Shown: piece after piece, positions 46,854 through 61,117 of the stretch
Layout: each line of letters begins with the position of its first letter
Numbering within the stretch: the first letter of the stretch is position 1
From: Selaginella moellendorffii
Taxonomy: Eukaryota > Plantae > Lycopodiophyta
Reading direction: 5' to 3'
Length of the DNA stretch: 64,000 nucleotides
Assembly (NCBI RefSeq): GCF_000143415.4
Contig: NW_003314322.1
Coordinates: 1,211,567-1,275,566 of the forward strand
Notes under the pieces: generated by a model
What the model was told of the DNA's origin: nothing
Seen by the model: only the letters and a program-made list of their open reading frames with translations
Databases searched by the model: none
Position numbers and translations under genes: made by a program

Positions 46854-49800
46854 TGTGAGACACAAAATCCCTAGGCCCCAAAGTGGAGCCAGAAGGGTGC
46901 CATGTGGTAGTGGCCAAAAAGAAAGCCAAACGAGCGTAGCACGTTTGGACTAAAAGCTCCGACTTAATAGGTCAAGAGCGGGAGCGGGAGTGGAACTCCC
47001 AACAAAGTGCTCGAGGAATGAGCACGAAGTGAGCAATAAGCGAGGCTCTAAACAGGGACCCAAAAAGGACTAACACATGACACGTGGAAGAGTCCGAGAT
47101 GGAGTCTGAGGTGGGCCCGAGGTGGAGTCCAAGATGGAGTCCGAGATGGAGTCCGAGATGGACCCGAGATGGAGTCCAAGATGGACCCGAGATGGAGTCC
47201 GAGATGGACCCGAGATGGAGTCCGAGATGGACCCGAGATGGAGTCCAAGATGGACCGAGACGGAATCCGAGATGGAGTCCGAGAAGGACCCGAGATGGAG
47301 TCCGAGGTCGAGACCGAGACTGGGACCTAGACCAAGACCGGGACCGAGGCCGAGACCGAGACCGGGACTGAGACCGAGATCGAGACCGGGACCGAGACCG
47401 AGACCGAGACCGAGGCCCAGGCCGAGTCCGAGCCCGAGTCCGAGTCCGAGTCCGAGTCCGAGTTCGAGTCTGAGAGGGTGAAAGCCCAAAGCGTTCGTCT
47501 CCCAGACCCTAGGGGGTTTGGTGAGCTCCAAAAGTATAGTAAGGGGGAGGATTGCAGTGGAGCCAGTTTGGCCAGGAAATGTCAGTTTGGCCCAGGAAGG
47601 CCAGACCCAGTGTTGGGAGATGAACTGACCACTGGGAAGTCCAAGACTAGAGTGAATATGGACTGACAAGCGGGGTAGCTTGGTGAAGTGTTCAAGAGCC
47701 GGCTCTAGTTCCCCCGGGAGATCGACTGGCCGATGCTCCTAATCCAAGTGTGGGTGGCACTACCTACTTGGATACCTGGTGTGGCTCAATGGAACCTCGC
47801 TTTAAGCCCATGGTTAGAGCACATAAAGGCGGAAGGTGGGGAGAGTACCCACAGGGCTCGCGTAGGGCCACGGTGTTCCGAAATGTTGTCCTGAAGTCCC
47901 AAATGGGGAAAGGAGGAGGAGCGGTCTTCTAGTGTAGTGACTACGGATACGGTCACATGGTGAGGAAGTCCCAGAGGACAAGGGGACTTAGTGGCCGAGC
48001 CTGTGGGCCTTGATCTAGTGGCAGTGTTGGTGAACATGGCCATGGACGGAAAAGGGACTTGGTAGGAACTGACAAAGGGATGTTAGGGAAGGCTATTCCC
48101 CATGTCTGTGGGCATCCCAAGGATGCTAAGGAGTGGATCTGGGATGACCACTCGTGGACGGACGGCCCAGTCTTGGAGAGACGGGATTGTGATGCAAGTG
48201 GTATTGGACCACCAATGTGGCAAAGGTGAATGGGCATGGCCTTAGTGTAACGGGCCGAGATGTCAATGGTACCTTTGGGTGTCGGTCTTGGGACTGGACA
48301 CGTGGAGCACTTGGGCCAAGCGCAAGGGAGGAGTGGCATGGATGCCATTCTCGGGACTAGCAAGCCCCAAGTCCTGAATTAGACTCAAGGAGGTTGTGAA
48401 TGAGACTCCTCCAAGTGGTCAGAGATGTGGTTAAGTGACTAAAGTAGAATGGAAAATTTAGTCGCTTACAATTTGGTATCGGAGCTGTTCCTTAGTCCGA
48501 CTTTTATTAGTGCTAAAGTATATCACGACTAGTGTTGGCATCGGAAGGTCCTAGTGGGCCTATCTTTGAGGAGTAGCAAGTCGGGAAGACATGGCTCTCC
48601 ACTACAGTTCACGGGTGAACTTGTAGGCAAGGTGGTGGATAAAAAAAGGCCAATAATGGAACGACTTTGGGATCTTGGGAACAGTGTAAGGCTTTCCTCA
48701 TTGAGTGAGGATATGATCCAGATGAGCGTTTGATGCAGCAAACGGGCTAACATAGTTGTGGTAAACAACTATAGTTGGGATCACGGGAAAGATGCAGATT
48801 CCAAAACAATAAAGGAGTCACAAGATTACCCTCACATAGTTGAGGCTAGTGCTCATAACTTTAAGACCGGAATTGATGACCATGGGAGGTCAAATACAGA
48901 AGAGGACACAAGTCCTCGAAATGGTAGCCGGGGCTACCTCTAATAAATGCTGGAACAACCCAAGGAGTTAAAGGTGTACTCAGAGGATGAGTTGGTATTC
49001 TCATCACATGGACAAGTGGTCCTAAGGGGCAAAAGGTTGCCCCAAGAGAACAAATCAAGTGTCGGAGTAACACTTGCAAAGATGGTCCTTGTGAGTAGGA
49101 CCTGAATACAATAAGTTGTATTCCAGTGAGTTAGCACCTCAAAGGTAGGACCTCACGGGTCGACGGATGATGAAGTCCAAAAAGCTGGATGACTCAAATA
49201 AGAGTCAAGGAATAATCCTAAGGGATTGGTTGAAGCATTTGGACTGAGGTGTATGGTGCCCCATGAGGTATGGGGAGGATTATAAAATCCAAGTATGAGA
49301 ACAGTAGGTATCTCATTCATGGCAAAATGTGCCATACTAAAGTTGTGGGAAAGATGTTCCCAGAAGAAAGCAACTTTGGCCCAAAGTTGGGTGCAAACAC
49401 TATGGTGCGGTGCTAACGGATAGTTAGCATGAGGAACAACCATATTGGTCTTGGCAAAGACCTAGACACTAATAAGTAGTGTCATAAGGATAGGCTCGTG
49501 GGGCCAATGGTGTGGAGACACCAAATGTGCCAAGATGTGATACCTTGAGGTTATGTTGGTGGGTTCATAAGAACCCCTTGCCAAAGGGAATCCCAACAGA
49601 AATGGGAATGGCATAACCTAAGTTGGAAGGCATGTGGTAGAGTGTGGTGACCAAAACAATGATGGAGGTGAGCACCAGCAATGGGTTATAGGACTTGACA
49701 ACTATGAGGCAATTAAGCAAAAGGTGCAAGATAATTTGTTAAACTGATAGAAGGTAGTTACCCAACTTCTTAATGGCATAAGAAAGTTAGACATACCCTT

Positions 49801-52800
49801 ATAGGGGATAAATTGCTTATGTTGTGATATAATAAGTCAATGTTGAAAAGGGGAATGCTCATTGTCAAAGAGGCCATCATTAGGACACCCAAACACTCTA
49901 GAACACCCGGAGGTGGTGTTTGATGTTGCAAGGGCAATAGATAAGGCCTAAGGGACTAAGTCCCTAGCGAATGATAGATAAAAGGTGCTATCCAAATGTC
50001 CAAGGTTACGAAGACGGGAGAAGACAGTCTACCCGAATTGGACAAAGCCAAAAATGGAATTTTGGCAAGGCTAGTGATGGGCATGTAAGGGCCCATAAGC
50101 AACAACGTTAATCCTGGTGTGTGGGATTATAAGATGAGCATACCTGGATTGAGGAACCACTCCCTAGGCTATCAAGTTGATTCATCCCTAAGAATATTTG
50201 CTAAGGCATGATAGAAAGTGCAAAGCTATCCTCCTAGTCTGAAGGAGAATGACCAAAGGAAATGTGTGAGGCCAAAAGCAAATAGTGAAGGGATAGAACC
50301 AAACCATAGGAATCGAAGAGCATGACCAAGGTTGGTTATGTCAGTTGGGAGTGGAGAATCAAGTGGGCGCTCGAAGCATGTTGTTACTAGCAACCGTGGG
50401 TCATGAAGAGTCTAGAGCATGGAATTGTCTATACTAGACTATATGGCAATTGGAAAGCTTGCGAAAGGAGCGGCCTAAGCAAGCTAAGGGACAGAATCCT
50501 TTCAAGGTTCCCAAGGACAATTCTAGGTAGCTTAATACCTATAAAGCCAAGCATAAATGGTTCCTAGAGCACATAAAATTAGAGTGGCGCAGCAGAAGCA
50601 TGATCTTGAAGCTAGCCATGAGGCGAGGCTATTAAGGTTGGGGAAGTGGTTCCCGAGTGTTCAAAGAGAGGGCTTTGAACAAAAGTCAATGGTTAAGGAC
50701 TTTCACGCTTATGCATGAACCATGTTACGGGGGCTGGATGATTTGCTAAGTGAGATTGGCAAGCTAGGGGGACAAATCCCCTAGTGGAAGGTGCTAACTT
50801 CAAAAGGGGTGGCCCATGGGGCCGAGCATGGAGGAGTCTATGCATGATCACAGACTTATCAAGTGAGAGGACTTGGCAGTGCGGAGGAACTAGGTTCCTA
50901 AGTTGTGATCTATAACGTGCTTTAACTATAAGTTGGTGCACCGGCATGGGGAGTCACGCCAGGCATCTTGGATGATGCCTTCCGTAGATGCATATACGAA
51001 AGTTGGGTTCGAGTCCCAACCCTCTAGTGCTTGGGTTCGAGTCCCAAATCACTAGGGCATGGTGATGGTTTGGAATATGAGGACACTCATATTTTGGTGG
51101 TCATGGACTCTCAATGAGGAGATTGGCTTGGGCACACCGCCAAGTGGGGGATGCCCCGGAGTCGTGATGCATGGTTAGATTGCTTAGAGTGAAAGCTCGG
51201 CATATCTAACTTGAACACTTTGGTGCAAAGGGCACCAAGGACGTGGTGAATGAGATGGGGACACCCAATCTCAGTTGCTATGGATCCTTGGCCGGAAGAG
51301 CTGGCTTGGGCGCACTGCCAAGTGTGGGGGATGCCCCCGGGGTCATAGTCAACAACTTAGAAGGGTCTGGAAGACCTAGTTCCTATTGATAAACTTATTC
51401 AGGGGTCAAGATGAGATCACTAGGTGATCTTGTGGCTAAACAAGGACAAGGTCTTTGTTTGGGTTAAGGAATATGATTCCTAGTTCAAAGTGTTGATTTG
51501 AATTATTGATAAAGGTGTGGCTTGGTCAAGGTGACCAAGTGGGAAGAACACCTAAGGGAGGTGAGCTATGTCAATGCTATGGCATAGTAAGTCCGAGGAA
51601 AGTAGTCTCTATAAGAGATCCAAGGGAGGGTCTCAAAAAGTTGGGCCGTGGATAGAGCCCATAGCAGAAAATGTTAAAGAGACGTACTAAAGGTGAACAC
51701 CTTCTGGACTTGACAAAGCAAAGTGTTTGCTATGGAATCGAAAGGAAACCTCGAAAATGGAGGTAGAGATCCTATGTTGCTGGGTGCAACAATCAAGGAT
51801 AGGAGCAAAAGACTAGTGGCTAAGAAAAGAGCCATGGGAATCATGGGAAAGAAACCAAATGGCAAAGTTAGGCCGAGAACACTAACGTGTTAGGTGCTAA
51901 CAGATTGTGGGAAAGGCAATGTTTTCCCAAGGATGGATTCCCAACTGCTCCGATTTGGCAAAAGTGGATGCTCCAAAGGGGGGAGCGGTAAGGTAGCCAA
52001 ATAATAGGGTTGTGGGCAGCTTTAGCACCAATTATGATAACTGGAACTTAGTGCCAAAGGTGGCATGATATCGAAGAGAGGATGATGGTACCCTCAAGTA
52101 AAGAACTTCCTAGGATAGGGAAGTGGAGTTGAACCATGTGCAATGTAAGGTGTCGGAGACACCTAGGAAATTGACTCTGAGAAGTCAAAATTAAAAGTTC
52201 CAAAGTGCAAAGGTTAGGTCAATGGAATCTGAGACTACTCAAGAATGAGTAGTGGAATTGAGTTAGAGAGGGTGTCTCTAACGGGTTTAGCGAGAACTGA
52301 ACCAATAAAGGGGAGCAAACCACCCCAGGTGGTCAAGTGAGTCTCTAGGTTGGAGAGACTATGCTCCTTAGAGGATGGACAAGGCATGGTGATCTTTCGG
52401 GGTCAAACCATAGACAAAAGAGCAGAATCAGGGCTGGAAATACACAGTGGATGAGGGAGGGATACTGACTCCAGTTGGAGAGCTTCAGCGAATGCCCGTG
52501 GTAACAGCCACGGACGTGAAGGGCCGGATCCGGGTACTCAGACATTCCACTAAGAGTCTCCAGATGATCGATTCAGTTCAACAGAGAACAGGCCAGGGAA
52601 AACTGGTATGGTGGAGGAAAATGCTTATGGAAGATCTTGACTGGGACCCTGCCATGTGGAGGAGGGAAGGAGCAGACTTCTTCTCCTACGAGGTTAAGGA
52701 GGCCCATCACAGCCTTCACACTGTGAGGGAGCTCACCTTGGGGGAACTTCCTCGCCTCTGGAAGGTATGGACGGAACGCGGAGTCGGCCCAGAGCAGGCC

Positions 52801-54295
52801 ATCAACAAAACAGCGACACTATGGAAGTTAGCAGTCCCGGAGAAGGCCAAGACCACCTCATGGCTGGTGGCGCAAGGGGGTCTTCCGGTGGGAAGCAGGT
52901 TCCCCGACACATCGGCCAGGCAGTGTTCCGAGTGTGGGAAGGTGGAAATGACCGAGCACCTCCTATGGGAGTGCGATCTAGCGCATGCCTTCTGGCAGCA
53001 GGTATTGAGAGTTGCAGGGGCACTCAACACCACTGATGACTTTGAAGTCCGCCGTGGAGATGTTATCCACTGGTTTGAGGAGGCACAAGGAGAGCTCATC
53101 GGATCCGCATGGAGGAGGTTGGTATGCATAGGAAGGCATGGACGAGGATATCGCACCCACTGGGATGAAGCAGGGGACGCAACGGATCGTCCGGTGTGGC
53201 AGGCTCTGGGTCATGCCAGATGGGCGGCCATGCGGGCAGTAGGAGTGCAAGTACTCTGGGAAGCTCGCAACAAACAGCGGTTCGAAGGGGTGGCAGCTCG
53301 CATCTCAGCCCTGATGGCGAACTGGTGGCGGCTGCTGCTAGCCACGGCTCGGATGGAACATGCTTTGATACTAAAGCGAGGAAAGGCCCCTCAGATGCAG
53401 GCTTGGCGCAGGCGATGGACACCATGCATGGGGTCAGAGTCGACCCAGAGAGTCCAGTGGCGATGGCGCATACCCGACCGCTTCGCAGCTTCAGCACGGT
53501 ATGGTGACATCCAGTTGGATCGGATACGATGGGCCAGGACTGATGCAGTCCCGTTCTTGCTTCTCACGGCACCACCTACCTCACACTCGGGCGATCACAG
53601 CCCTGGCAGCTCCACCACACATGCCACTTCGCCAGAGATTGATTGCTTCACCTGAGCACTTTGCGGGAGAGCATTTTTTCTAGAGAGTCAGCTCTCACCG
53701 CTCTTCACACCCTCGTGGGGTGGCGAAGAGTATATGTTGTAAATATTTTGCCACACGCGGTGGTCCCTAGGGGACGATGAGGATAATAAAACACACCCAT
53801 TAACCAAACCATAGACAAATATTGGTTGGGTGCCAAGGATGGAAATGGAAATACCTGCAGGTGTTACTTTATAAAAGGGTTTACCGTTTGATGAGGACAT
53901 CAAACTTCGTCTATGGGTGGTGGAGTTGTGAGACACAAAATCCCTAGGCCCCAAAGTGGAGCCGGAAGGGTGCCATGTGGTAGTGGCCGAAAAGAAAGCC
54001 AAACGAGCGTAGCATGTTTGGACTAAAAGCTCCGACTTAATAGGTCGAGAGCGGGAGTGGAACTCCCAACAAAGTGCTTGAGGAATGAGCACAAAGCGAG
54101 CAATAAGTGAGGCTCTAAACAGGGACCCAAAAAGGACTAACACATGACACGTGGAAGAGTCCGAGATGGAGTCCGAGGTGGACCCAAGGTGGAGTCCAAG
54201 ACGGAGTCCGAGATGGAGTCCGAGAAGGACCCGAGATGGAGTCCAAGATGGACCTGAGATGGAGTTCGAGATGGACGCGAGATGGAGTCCGAGAT
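46854..54295 (+). mobile_element. Second, more diverged family-A element
   Basis: 5' LTR 46854-48470, PBS 48474-48485, interior colinear with 40132-44220, PPT, then a 3' LTR starting at 53927 that switches to family-B sequence at about 54295. Confidence 0.9.
52419..53804 (+). mobile_element. 5'-truncated LINE (L1/Tx1-like) with zf-RVT-containing ORF2 C-terminus
   Basis: 15-bp TSD CAAACCATAGACAAA (52404-52418 and 53805-53819); the insertion is absent from copy 1 near 44100. Uninterrupted frame to 53655 with LWKLAVPEKAKTTSWLV..GGLP...CSECGKVEMTEHLLWEC and LWEARNKQRFEG. Confidence 0.9.
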
Positions 54296-55681
54296 AGGGG
54301 GGTTTAGGAACTGTAGGGGGTTCCAAATGTATAGTAGGGATAGTGGGTAGATTGGGCATGGTCGACCAACTTGAGGCATAGTCTAGCTCCCGCTTGCGTG
54401 CCTTTCTTTGTTTTGCGTCTGGCTTAGGTCTAACCCCAAGTTCCACACCATGTTAATTGGTGGAGGACCCATGTCCTTGCGTTAGGCCACCGATATGCCG
54501 AAATAGCGCCGAACTCCATTTGGCTCCGTTTTGCATGCTGATCCTGACAAAGGGATGCTGGTTGCTCTAGGACTGTTCCAAGTTGCTCCAGGCTCCTATC
54601 CCTTCACTCCTTGGGCTTTATGCTCGGGAGTTGCTATGTGGTCCGGTTCCGTTGCTCCTTGGCTCTATGCTTAGGAGTTTGGCACCATTCCTTTGTTTAG
54701 TGGCCGAAGGCTCTGAACCTCGGGTTCTACACCATTGTCCTTTGGACATGTGGCATATGGCATGTGGCATAAAAAGGGTTTAGGTTCCGCTTCGTGGTGA
54801 TTTACCATAAGATAAAGGGTAAAAACCACGTGTGCTACATTTGGTATCAGAGGATGAGTCTCAGCGAGTACTATCCAACGAGATTGGGCAACTAGTCTCG
54901 TTGCATACGCAGAGATGAAAACGATGATCTGAGTGGGTATATGTTTAGGTGCAAAAGGCTTTGGGGTATGGATTTGGTGACCTTTTTGTACTTTAATAAC
55001 GTGAGCTTCCTCTTGGGCTCATAAGAGGGATTGAGTTGTTCCGTTTGCACGAGTTTATTCTTGGGCTCGTGAGTGAGGCACATTAGCAACTCAAGGTTAC
55101 ACTTTGAGTTGGCAGAATTAATGTTAACCTATCGGTGGTTCCATGAGTTGTTCCAGTGGTTCCATGAGTTGTTCCATGTACCATGAGTTAAAGTAAACCT
55201 TCCCTGGGTTTGCTATGAGTGGCAAATAGGCTGGTCCGTAAAATTTAGCATGGCACTAGTGGATCCTTCCTAGGCATGATTATAAGTGGATTAATCAAGG
55301 TTGTAGTCTATTGATTCAAGTAGTCATTATTGTGCTCTCTCATAAAATTTTCTTGGATTGGACTGAAGGTAGTGCGAAAGCAAGCTTGAGGTCTAGTCAA
55401 AGTTAAGACCGAAAAGAGAGTTGTTAGGGACCAAGGATCAAACATATAAATTATCTTCTCTTCTTGGAGAGATGATTTGTAACGAGGTGTGACTCATTGC
55501 TTGTATTCATAGTATGCAATCAAGAGTCCTTATCTTGATGCATGTTGGAAATGATGGTTTTACAAGTGGTGAGTTATGTTATGGATAACAGTGAAGCACT
55601 AAACAATTTTGTTTATGCTTGCTATTGGAAGACTTGGGTTGCAATGCTCAACTCTTTTCCAGGGAACTTTGCTATTGCTCT
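54296..55681 (+). mobile_element. Family-B LTR 3' half, PBS and start of internal region
   Basis: LTR ends ...CACGTGTGCTACA at 54839; PBS TGGTATCAGAG at 54842-54852; interior is the reverse complement of about 63150-63976. Interrupted at 55682. Confidence 0.85.
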
Positions 55682-58600
55682 TGTAGCACACGTGGTTTTG
55701 ACCCTTTATCCTATGGTGATTTACCATAGGATAACACCACAAAGCGGAACCTAAACCCTCTTTGTGTCACGTGACAGATGCCACGTGTCCAAAGGAACGT
55801 GGTGTGGAACCCGAGGTTCAGGGCCTTGGGCCACTGAACGAAGGAACGGTGCAAAACTCCCAAGCATGGAGCTAAGGAGTGACGGAACTGAACCACGGAG
55901 CAACTCCCGAGCATATAGCCCAAGGAGCGAAGGGATAGGAGCCCGGAGCGACTTGGAACAGTCCTAGAGTAATCAGCATCCCAATGCCAAGACCAACACG
56001 CAAAACGAAGCCAAACGGAGTCTTGTGCTATTTCGGCATACCGGTGGCCTAACGCAAGGACATGGGTACTCCACCAGCTAGCATGGAGTGGAACTTAGGC
56101 TTAGACCCAAGCTGCACGCAGAACAAGCATAGGCACGCAAGCGGGAGCTAGACTATGCCTCAGGTTGTTCGGCCATGCCTGATCTACCCACTATCCCTAC
56201 TATACATTTGGAACCCTCCATAGCTCCCCCCCCCCCCTTGAGGAACACATGCTTTGGGCTTTCACCCTAAGCCTCCCTTAGTATCAGGAGTTAGTCTCTG
56301 GGACAAGCTCGAAACTTACTAAATATGGAATGGCGCTAGATTGCAAATTTGGACACGGGACAAACACCATTGTGGTCAGGCCAATTTTTACATTCCGTAG
56401 ATATGCCAAATGAGCAAATCTGTATACTTTCCATAAATAGCATTTGGGACCGAAATGAGATTAACACAAAGGGCATGATAGCGAGGGTGTTTGGCAGACA
56501 CGATAAGCTATCATCCAACGATATTGAGGGACCAATCTCAATACGCGAGGGTTTTTGTCAAGCCAGTGCAAGACAGAGCAAAAGAGAACTAAGAGCCAGG
56601 CCGAGTATGCTCAGCTAGAAACACATAAGAGTTCCTACCTTATGTCCATCTGGCTAAGTATAGGTGCTAAGCCTAGTAAAATAACACTTGAACAAGAGGG
56701 GCTGATAAGACGAACTAGCAATACCGACCTTTTGCCATCGTGGCAATAAGGAAAGAGTGTCCGTAAGGACTGGCCGACAGGTAACTTTCGATACCCGAAG
56801 TCACATTCGCAACACTCTCCCCCCCTAGGGAAGATCGATGTCCTCGTCAATGGATACTCGAGTCTAGAATACCGCCAAGGAAACAACTCCAGAAAAAGTT
56901 CACGGTATTCACACTATGTGAGAAATGCACCAACTTGAATGAGTTAAGATGCAACCTCTTTGTCTAACGCGGATGCGCTACTAGCTGAGACACCTTCCGG
57001 CCGTTGCCGACAAGGAAATGACCAACAAAGTCAGCCACCTTTGCTACTCTGGGAGTCACCCAACTTACAAAAGTGTGATACGCCCCTACCCGCAGGAACA
57101 TAGAGAGAGAAGCCAAAGGCCCCAACCCTCATAAGCAAAGAAACTAAACCCATCGATAAAGTTTAGATAAACTAATATAAACAGGCAGCTAGAGTTGTTT
57201 ACACGGTCATGCCCTTTTAACGGAATAAGGAACATCGATAGAGAGGCGGGTTATGTGACGAGTCTACAGTAGCTACCCCATGATTAGAGATTTCACCATG
57301 CACACGAAGTGCCAAAGCCAGTCTACCTATACTGGCCCAAAATTCAAAGATCAAAAGATGGACAATATCAAAGTCATAGACAATGATATCTTAGAGTCTT
57401 AATTATCAATGAATAATGCTTAGATTATAACACAAAATTATTCCAAGTAAGTTATCATTCGATAAACCAGTAGTATAGTATAAGAACCACCAAGATCATC
57501 AATTTTGGAAACATAGGATTAACCATCCAACAAAATTCAATAGCAAGTATATCATCATAGAAACTCAATGATGAAACTTAACTATCGAAGATGGCAGACA
57601 GTATGCCAACCAACTTACGAAAGAAAACTCAAAAAAACACAAAGTATCATTGATTGGCAAGCAAAATGCTCGCGAATGTATCACCCAAAGGAAATAGCAT
57701 CCCAATCTATCAGAACTAATTTAAGCAATGATCAACAAAACAGAATGAATGTTGCAAGACCAACAAATATAGCATTAATGCCAACCATTGCACTAGCCAA
57801 TCTAAATAGATCCCGGTCAACAATACAAAGGAACTCAAGTTGCTTAAGCAAGTGTCAGCAACATACTTTTGATGTCTCAAACTCAAGAGACCAATCTAAG
57901 GCAAACCATAAATAACATGTGGTATTGCAAAAAGCCATAAACTATCAAAGAGAATAACGAACCATCATGAAAGATCATTAATTATCCCATCAATGCAGTG
58001 ATGCATAATCATCGTTGAAGAAAGAATCTACCATCCTGAAGAATGACAAATCATTCTATATCAACAATAATCAAGCAAAACCCTTGACAAGGATAATCAA
58101 CTATCTTAGATGATAATCAATCATCACCAATGATTGCTAGATGCAAAAGCCAACTTCACCATTGAAACTAACAAGTCAAAATGCCTTCCCCAGCAACTTT
58201 TAACAAATGGAACAATGAGCATAAAATTCAAAGAACCAAAATCTTGAAGAAGTTTATAGCCAAGTCTTGCTTAACAATGATCACGAATCTCGCGTAAATT
58301 AACGTTAATGCTAAAGAAGAAATCATGGTACAACCCACAATATCCTCCTCAACACATCCATAAGCTAAACTTAATGCAAAGCTAATGAAGAGCATGTCTG
58401 TGTCAATCCAAAAGCACAATGAAGTTATGCTTAACAAGTGATCACTAAACGATCCTCCATGAATCCATCTATAGCAAGACGTAACTCACTTCATAACAAA
58501 CACAAGAAGGATCATCAATGATCAATATATTCTAACTCAAATCCAATAAGGATTCAAACAATCTAATATCGATCACTAACTCTTCCACTTGTAGAGTTAG

Positions 58601-61117
58601 CATAGTCCACGACTGAATCACTTTTCAAGGAAAAGTCAAAGCTCAACCTCTACTAAATAATCTCGTCTAGAACACAACTAACTCAACTTGTCACTCAGTT
58701 CATTTGAACGTCAACATAGTTGCTAACTAGCAAATGCACAAATGCTAATAATACAAAGCTATAACCAAATCATCAACACTATCTCTATCGAGACTAATGA
58801 AATTCAATATCAATCCTAAGGAGAGACATCTTATGTCACTTGAATCTCAACATCAATATTGCTAACAACAAAGCATCACTTCTATGCCATCAACACTAGA
58901 GCGAAGCTAAAAGAAAGCACGAGTGAATCACCACTCACAATTCTCTAGCAACTAAGCTAACCAAGGTTGAAGATATTTTACCTAGTATCTGAGACCAATC
59001 CTTCAGCAAAACTCAATTACAGATAACACTTCCTCAAGGAGTGAATCACCACATCCAAGACTCCATGAAATCCAACATTACAGACTAAACATATCCAAAT
59101 GACATCAATAGAGTAGAATCGACATGCCAACATGGAAAAACCATGCAAGCCACGATACGATCCTCCGCAACACCATCCAGTAAAGCAAGCCCATCACTGC
59201 TAAATCATCATCGAGTGAAGCAAGTGTCAACAGTCCTCCACAAAATCTACAAGCAATCACTAGTCACAAAGCAATTAACAATCACTCTTCAACTTGCCTT
59301 CAGAAGACCCAACACTAAACTCATGTCATTGAGGCACACACTTGTCCAACATGAACGTAATGTCTCAAGTACGAGATATAGGAACATGAACAAGCATGAA
59401 CTAAATGACCACTCAAATCCAACTCAACTGTAATAAGTTCACTAATGCTTTTAGCTAACAGCTCTGAACATGCTTTGAAGAGGCTAGCTATGCATGATCA
59501 ACACTCAGTCGAAACTAAAGTGAAGACCATGAGATGGACTCATGTGGACCGAAATGAGGGAGCGGGAGCTAGACTATGCCTCAAGTTGGTCGGCCATGCC
59601 CGACCTACCCACTATCCCTACTATACATTTGGACCCTCCATAGCCCCCCCCCCTTGAGGAACACACGCTTTGGGCTTTCACCCCAAGCCTCCCTTAGTAT
59701 CAGGAGTTAGTCTTTGGGACAAGCTTGAAACTTACTAAATATGGAATAGCGCTAGATTGCAAATTTGGACACGGGACGAACACCATTGTGGTCAAGCCAA
59801 TCTCTACATTCCGTAAATATGCCAAATGAGCAAATCTGGACACTTTTTATAAATAGCATTTGGGACCGAAATGAGATTAACACAAAGGGCATGATAGCGA
59901 GGGTGTTTGGCAGACATGGTAAGCTATCATCCAACGATATTGAGGGACCAATCTCAATACGCGAGGGTTTTTGTCAAGCCAGTGCAAGACAGAGCAAAAG
60001 AGAACTAAGAGCCAGGCCGAGTATGCTCAGCTAGAAACACATAAGAGTTCCTACCTTATGTCCATCTGGCTAAGTATAGGTGCTAAGCCTAGTAAAATAA
60101 CACTTGAACAAGAGGGGCTGATAAGACGAACTAGCAATACCGACCTTTTGCCATCGTGGCAATAAGGAAAGAGTGTCCGTAAGGACTGGCCGACAGGTAA
60201 CTTTCGATACCCGAAGTCACATTCGCAACACTCTCCCCCCCTAGGGAAGATCGATGTCCTCGTCAATGGATACTCGAGTCTAGAATACCGCCAAGGAAAC
60301 AACTCCAGAAAAAGTTCACGGTATTCACACTATATGAGAAATGCACCAACTTAAATGAGTTAAGATGCAACCTCTTTGTCTAATGCGGATGCGCTACCAA
60401 CTGAGACACCTTCTGGCTGTCGCCGACAAGGAAATGACCAACAGAGTCAGCCACCCTTGCTACTCTGGGAGTCACCCAACTTACAAAAGTGTGATACGCC
60501 CCTACCTGCAGGAACATAGAGAGAGAAGCCAGAGGCCCCAACCCTTATAAGCAAAGAAACTAAACCCATCGATAAAGTTTAGATAAACTAATATAAACAG
60601 GCAGCTAGAGTTGTTTACACGGTCATGCCCTTTTAACGGAATAAGGAACATCGATAGAGAGGCGGGTTATGTGACGAGTCTACAGTAGCTACCCCATGAC
60701 TAGAGATTTTGCCATGCACACGAAGTGCCGAAGCCAGTCTGCCTATACTGGCCCAAACTCAAAGATCAATAGATGGACAATATCAAAGTCATAGACAATG
60801 ATATCTTAGAGTCTTAATTATCAGTGAATAATGCTTAGATTAGAACACAAAAGTATTCCAAGTAAGTTACCATCCGATAAACCAGTAGTATAGTATAGGA
60901 ACCACCAAGATCATCAATTTTGGAAACATAGGATTGACCATCCAACAAAATTCAATAGCAAGTATATCATCAAGGAAACTCAATGATGAAACTTAACTAT
61001 CGAAGATGGCAGACAGTATGCCAACCAACTTACGAAAGAGAACTCATAAAAACACAAAGTATCATTGATTGGCAAGAAAAATGCTCGCGAATGTATCACC
61101 CAAAGGAAATACTTCAT

